Below, piece by piece: positions 59,603-64,000 of a stretch of 64,000 nucleotides of DNA; the first letter of the stretch is position 1, and each line of letters begins with the position of its first letter. A model generated the notes under the pieces. The model did not search any database and was not told the origin of the DNA. It worked only from the letters and a program-made list of their open reading frames with translations. The stretch comes from Pyrodictiaceae archaeon. GTDB taxonomy: Archaea > Thermoproteota > Thermoprotei_A > Sulfolobales > Pyrodictiaceae. The DNA lies in the NCBI GenBank assembly GCA_027036135.1, contig JALVSY010000016.1:64001-128000 (forward strand), read 5' to 3'. Made by a program: the position numbers and the translations under genes.

Positions 59603-60871
59603 GTGCGCTATCTATTGGAAGCTCTACACCCCAGTCTTGGTATAATAGGCGAGCTAGAGGGCGAGTTGCGCGGCAAATGCATAGTGCTCGGTGTTACTGG
59701 TAGCGCCGCGGTTTATCGTAGCATTGATCTCTCGCGCCTTCTAATGAGGCTTGGCGCGAGGATAAAAGTAGTAATGACTCCTGCTGCCACCGAGCTAGTC
59801 TCGCCCACGCTCTTTGAATGGGCCACCGGATACCCAGTAGTGACTCACCTTACTGGCTCGATAGAGCACGTCCTGCTCCCCCGTAGCTGCGACGCCGTGG
59901 TTATCGCGCCTGCCTCCCTGGATACACTGGCTGAGATAGCTCAGTTTCGTGCTTCGACCCCGGTCTCGGCCTTGGCGCAGGAAGCCCTTGGACTGGGCAA
60001 GCCCGTGCTCCTTGTACCAGCGATGCACCTTGGTATGTGGAGGAGGGCGAGACCACTCGTTGCTGAGCTTAGGCGACAGGGGCTCCATGTCCTTGAGCCC
60101 TACGTGGAGGGTGAGCAGGCCAAGTACCCATCAACCGAGCTCATAGCTTGGTGGATCGAGGCCACACTGACAAGAGGGAGAGATCTTGAGGGTAGACATG
60201 TGCTCGTAACTGCTGGGCCTAGCCGCGAGCCCATAGACGCTGTACGTGTCATAACCAATCCGTCCTCGGGGAAAATGGGCCTATACTTGGCGCTCGAAGC
60301 CGCCTGGAGAGGAGCAGAAGTAACGCTACTGCATGGGCCTCTCTGCGTAAACTTGTCGCCGCAGTGGAGGAACTATGTGAAGAGCTACGAGTTTGTGCGC
60401 GCCGAGGAGGCTGCTAGGCTCATAAAGGAGCATGTTAGGGGCAAGGATGTAGCTCTTTACGCGGCTGCTATAAGCGACTATGCTCCCGCCGAGGAAGAGA
60501 GCGGCAAGATAGACTCCCACCATGTACAAGAAGTGATTATAAGGCTGAAGCAGACGCCAAAAGTCATATCTGTTGGCGTGGAGGCGGAGCCGCGCGCCAT
60601 CCACATAGGCTTCGCAGCCGAGGCGACAACGCTGAGGGAGAGGCTCATCGAGAGGGCTAAGAAGAAGCTCGAGCACTACAGGCTAGACGCCGTAGCCGCT
60701 AATAGCGTTGTTGAGCCAGGAGCCGGGTTCTGGGCTGAGACCAACCACGTCTACCTAGTGACATGGAGGGGCAACGTGGTAGAGATACCCAGGATGCACA
60801 AGAGACTGGTTGCGAGAAGAATACTCGATGCAGCTAAGGAGCTACTAGAGAAGGGGCCGCGGCCTCGCTAA
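59603..60871 (+). CDS. coaBC: Bifunctional phosphopantothenoylcysteine decarboxylase/ligase
   Basis: GVTGSAA, PAMH..MW, TAGPSRE.ID.VR.ITN.SSGKMG, AAISDY, GFAAE. Confidence 0.96.
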   Translation: MRYLLEALHPSLGIIGELEGELRGKCIVLGVTGSAAVYRSIDLSRLLMRLGARIKVVMTPAATELVSPTLFEWATGYPVVTHLTGSIEHVLLPRSCDAVVIAPASLDTLAEIAQFRASTPVSALAQEALGLGKPVLLVPAMHLGMWRRARPLVAELRRQGLHVLEPYVEGEQAKYPSTELIAWWIEATLTRGRDLEGRHVLVTAGPSREPIDAVRVITNPSSGKMGLYLALEAAWRGAEVTLLHGPLCVNLSPQWRNYVKSYEFVRAEEAARLIKEHVRGKDVALYAAAISDYAPAEEESGKIDSHHVQEVIIRLKQTPKVISVGVEAEPRAIHIGFAAEATTLRERLIERAKKKLEHYRLDAVAANSVVEPGAGFWAETNHVYLVTWRGNVVEIPRMHKRLVARRILDAAKELLEKGPRPR

Positions 60872-61293
60872 GCAGGCTCGGTTCCGCGGGGAGGTTTGCC
60901 AGCGTATTGGACAGCGTCCTCGAGGTCACGGAAGACCCTAACACATAGCCTCTTGCGGCCACGGAGCCTCATCTTTAGTGGAACGAGGTAGTAAACACTC
61001 CCCGTGAACGGGTCATCGGGTACCCAGAGCACAAGTATACGGTATCCCGTCTCGGCCACTGCTAGCTCCATTGCCCTGGATAATAGGGGCCTAGCCCTGT
61101 CTCCGCATGCTCTCATACGTGGCACTTCTAGCTGGTATGGCGGCTGCTGCCTCTTCTCATAGACGCGGCCACGGCCAGCGATCCACACTGTTACTGCTGC
61201 TGTGCCCCCGGGTAGTAGGCGCTCCTCTTCCTCCTCTATCTCTATCGGCTCGAGTTCCTCCTCGGGCTCGAGCTCCGGCAGCTCGAGCGCCAA
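60868..61293 (-). CDS. Hypothetical protein with acidic N-terminus
   Basis: 141-aa ORF with a TTATATA TATA-like box upstream. Confidence 0.65.
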   Translation of the reverse strand: MALELPELEPEEELEPIEIEEEEERLLPGGTAAVTVWIAGRGRVYEKRQQPPYQLEVPRMRACGDRARPLLSRAMELAVAETGYRILVLWVPDDPFTGSVYYLVPLKMRLRGRKRLCVRVFRDLEDAVQYAGKPPRGTEPA

Positions 61294-61388
61294 GCCCCTT
61301 CCCCGATCTATATAAGTTCTAGGCGTCTCTTGTGGTTATAAGCATAGCCCATGGATTTGATTGATCCAGTGATAATAGTACGGTACTA

Positions 61389-62294
61389 CTAGGCCTGCCT
61401 AGCTCGCCAAGCGACACCATTCTCTGTGGCCAGGGGCTCTACTAGGTCCTCCTCCTCTAGCCACGCTATTACCGAGACGAGGGCTGTTCTATTAAGGAGT
61501 AGCTGGCGGGGATTAGGCTCTGCAGCGGATAGATCTCGAGTCGCTAAGTAGGCTAGCTTGTCCAGGGTTAGTGGGCCGTGCTCCCTAATGGCTCCTAGTA
61601 CGTACTCCTTTACCCTCTTCACTGCCTGTATGTTCGCGTCTATCATCGCTACCGCTCTCTTCGCTTCAGCAACCGGGCCGTGGCCAGGAACTATCCTGTA
61701 GCCGGCTTCTGCTAGTTCTCTTAGCCTTGCTAGGCTCTCTCGCCACTCTCTTAGATCAGCTGCAAAGGGTATACCGAACCTAGCCAATACTCTTTCGCCG
61801 AGAACCGCGTCGCCCGCTGCAACTACCTGGTCGTCTTCGATAACGATGCCGCTGTGGCCATGCGTATGCCCGTGGAGGTCCAGGCTCCGGATACCTGGCA
61901 ATACTTCCTCGCTCCATCCGAAGGTATTGGTTACTCTTAGGGCTACTGGCGGCATGGCTGCTAAGGCTTCCGAGATAACACCGCCATAAACGACATTGAA
62001 CCTCGCCTTGACGCTCTCCACCAGGGCTAAGCAGAGCCTATGTGCACGAACCCTTGTATCAGAGCTAAGCAACCCGGGGGCTGCCGCTAAGTGATCGGTG
62101 TGGCCATGCGTGAGCACTATGTCCGTTAAGCTGAGCCCAAGGCTTCCCAGCGCCTCTGTTATTGTCTTATCGCGGTCAGCTCCTATACCGGGGTCAATAA
62201 CGGCTACGCGGTCACCAAGGTTAACGATGATGGTATTAGGGCTACCCGGTACAAGCCATGTATGCTCTCCGAGGCGGCGAGGCTTCCTAGCCAA
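61389..62294 (-). CDS. Metallo-beta-lactamase-fold hydrolase
   Basis: IDPG, THGHTDH, GHTHGH, GD, PGHG. Confidence 0.92.
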   Translation of the reverse strand: MARKPRRLGEHTWLVPGSPNTIIVNLGDRVAVIDPGIGADRDKTITEALGSLGLSLTDIVLTHGHTDHLAAAPGLLSSDTRVRAHRLCLALVESVKARFNVVYGGVISEALAAMPPVALRVTNTFGWSEEVLPGIRSLDLHGHTHGHSGIVIEDDQVVAAGDAVLGERVLARFGIPFAADLREWRESLARLRELAEAGYRIVPGHGPVAEAKRAVAMIDANIQAVKRVKEYVLGAIREHGPLTLDKLAYLATRDLSAAEPNPRQLLLNRTALVSVIAWLEEEDLVEPLATENGVAWRARQA

Positions 62295-62402
62295 TCCCTA
62301 GCACCTAGCCTCAGCCTACAAGCGTCTCGGTGAAAAGCCCTTACGCTACACCGCAAATAGTACGGTAGGGAAACTAAATCAGTGTACCCGGGTCTATGAC
62401 TA

Positions 62403-62480
62403 AGACTTGCGGGCAGCTCACCCGCCTGACGCCGGGGAAGCGCCCCGCTATAGAGGGGATGAGGGCGGGGTCCACAGGGC
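62403..62480 (+). ncRNA. Candidate structured small RNA (K-turn/H-ACA-like)
   Basis: GC-rich intergenic segment: CCCGCC-TGA ... CGGGG/CCCCG hairpin ... GATGA-G-GGCGGG, then ACA at 62474-62476. Confidence 0.4.
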
Positions 62481-62535
62481 GGCGAATACCTCCCTTTATC
62501 TTCTACTAGTTTCTATGAGTGGAGAGTAATGGGGT

Positions 62536-63363
62536 ATGAGTAGCCGGGATGAGTGGGGCTGGCTTGGTAAAGCGCTACGCAGTGTGCTTGACTCCGAGCT
62601 ACGGAGATGGGGAGGCTTAAGACTCGTTGATGCTTTTATTGGTCCCCGTTATTCTTATGTGGAGTTGGATGGTGGATTGTGTGGTGTAGCTTATTCTCCT
62701 AGGGAGACTGGGCGGGTCGTAGAGGAGCTAGAGCATGCTACTCCCCGGTATCTTGCTCGGCTCGTTGAGCGTGGTCTCGGGGGCGGGGCTGCTTCGCTCG
62801 CACTAGCCGCCGCAAATGCTGCCACAATGGCGTGGATCTACGAGACCCCGGATCCACCAATTCTCATCGAGGCGCGTCTCAGTGATTTCATTGAGCTACG
62901 CAGCGGCGATGTTGTGGCAGTTATTGGGTTCATGAGAGGAGTTGTAGAGGAGCTAGTGAACAGAGCGAGTAAGGTCTATGTTATAGAGCTTAGTGAGGAG
63001 CTAAGGCAAGAGGCCAGCGGCATCAGCGGCGTAGAGGTCCTCGGCGCTGAGGACGGCATGAAGGTTCTCCCCCAAGTATCCGTGCTGGTGGCAACTGGTA
63101 GTGCGCTCCTCTACCCAGCTATATTCCGGCAGCAACTAGCCAAGGCGAGGAATGCCCGAGAGAGAGTAATTGTTGGCCCCACGTCTAGTTTCCACCCGCG
63201 CTTAGCAAGGCTTCTAGGCCTTACGGGGCTTGGCGGGGTATACATTGATCCATCGCTTTGCAGGATTCTGAGATGGCATGTCGCGGGCGGGGGAGGGATT
63301 CATAGCCTTAGGCGCCGGAGCTCCAAGCCCCCCTTGCTCCCGAGGTTCTTTGCTAGGGCTTAG
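62536..63363 (+). CDS. DUF364 family (Rossmann-like) protein
   Basis: CGVAY, LALAAANA, VAVIG, VIEL, ATGSAL, IVGPT. Confidence 0.8.
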   Translation: MSSRDEWGWLGKALRSVLDSELRRWGGLRLVDAFIGPRYSYVELDGGLCGVAYSPRETGRVVEELEHATPRYLARLVERGLGGGAASLALAAANAATMAWIYETPDPPILIEARLSDFIELRSGDVVAVIGFMRGVVEELVNRASKVYVIELSEELRQEASGISGVEVLGAEDGMKVLPQVSVLVATGSALLYPAIFRQQLAKARNARERVIVGPTSSFHPRLARLLGLTGLGGVYIDPSLCRILRWHVAGGGGIHSLRRRSSKPPLLPRFFARA

Positions 63364-64000
63364 GCCTGTGTACGCATACCCCATTCACGGAGAGCGTTCA
63401 CGCCCATGTATATCCCGCGCTGCATTACATGAAGCAGATAGAGGCTCTGAGGCTGCTTTATCTCGTAGCACTTGTTCTCCGATGGCTCTTCACCGAGCAT
63501 GTGTAGTACAGATGATATAAGCGAGGCCATTTTCACCGCATTATCGCCGAATCTCTTGATTATCTCTTGTGGACAGAATCTTAACCCGAATAGCTGAGTT
63601 GACAAGTAGTAGAGTAAGTCCTCGCTAGGTGCAACCTCGAGACCGCGGATGGCAGAGAACCCTCTCTCATATACTAGCTTCACGTACTTATTGACGCTGA
63701 ATGTGTTGACGTAGACGTATTTCCCGAGGCGTGCTATCCCGCTAAGACCTATTGCGAGAAACTTATCATAGTCTACTATATATTCGTCAACGAGTTCGGA
63801 GCCTTTGTCCATGCACCAGGGAGTGGCTGGCTTATAACCATGCCTAGCTGCTTCCTCGAGGATCACTTGATAGAGTAGTCGCTCATGTGGGTGCCAAGGC
63901 CCCTCTCTTCTACGCCTCTCATATTCTCGTAGTCCTGGTGCCGGCATTAAGGGGTAGAATGTTACCTGGTCTGCGCCTAGCTCTAGGGCTTTGCTTGCCT
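63360..64000 (-). CDS. HemN-like radical SAM protein, C-terminal part (start outside window)
   Basis: LGADQVTFYPLMP...WC...VDEYIVDYDKFLAIG.S...YVNTF...Y. Confidence 0.75.
   Translation of the reverse strand, partial: ASKALELGADQVTFYPLMPAPGLREYERRRREGPWHPHERLLYQVILEEAARHGYKPATPWCMDKGSELVDEYIVDYDKFLAIGLSGIARLGKYVYVNTFSVNKYVKLVYERGFSAIRGLEVAPSEDLLYYLSTQLFGLRFCPQEIIKRFGDNAVKMASLISSVLHMLGEEPSENKCYEIKQPQSLYLLHVMQRGIYMGVNALREWGMRTQA

Overview
Chromosomal window from a hyperthermophilic crenarchaeon. Gene content and protein style suggest Desulfurococcales/Pyrodictiaceae, but this is an inference. From left to right it holds: an RNA-processing block (trm5-like, NAD kinase, nob1, pcp, RsmB-PUA); a branched-chain amino-acid ABC operon with four separate disruptions; tRNA-Arg(CCT), followed by an AT-rich ~3 kb island of broken genes (GIY-YIG nuclease, a 2H-phosphoesterase/metallophosphoesterase fusion, a perfect 35-bp palindrome); a GT28/flippase-like cassette; arginine (argG-argH-carA-carB) and aspartate-family (thrB-metB-thrC-hom-ask-asd) operons flanking an HTH-ACT regulator; a TDT transporter plus malic enzyme next to a 5'-truncated tmcA; a large orphan secreted protein; archaemetzincin, gatA, DUF1646, a SAMP-TtuA operon and a VapBC pair; a ~14 kb membrane-bound [NiFe]-hydrogenase locus with the full hyp set, NikR, an unusual small-subunit proximal cluster motif and a degenerate second maturation protease; CoA genes; a candidate structured ncRNA; DUF364; and a partial radical SAM gene. 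No CRISPR array, rRNA, integrase or transposase was seen. All calls come from reading motifs by eye; no database search was run.
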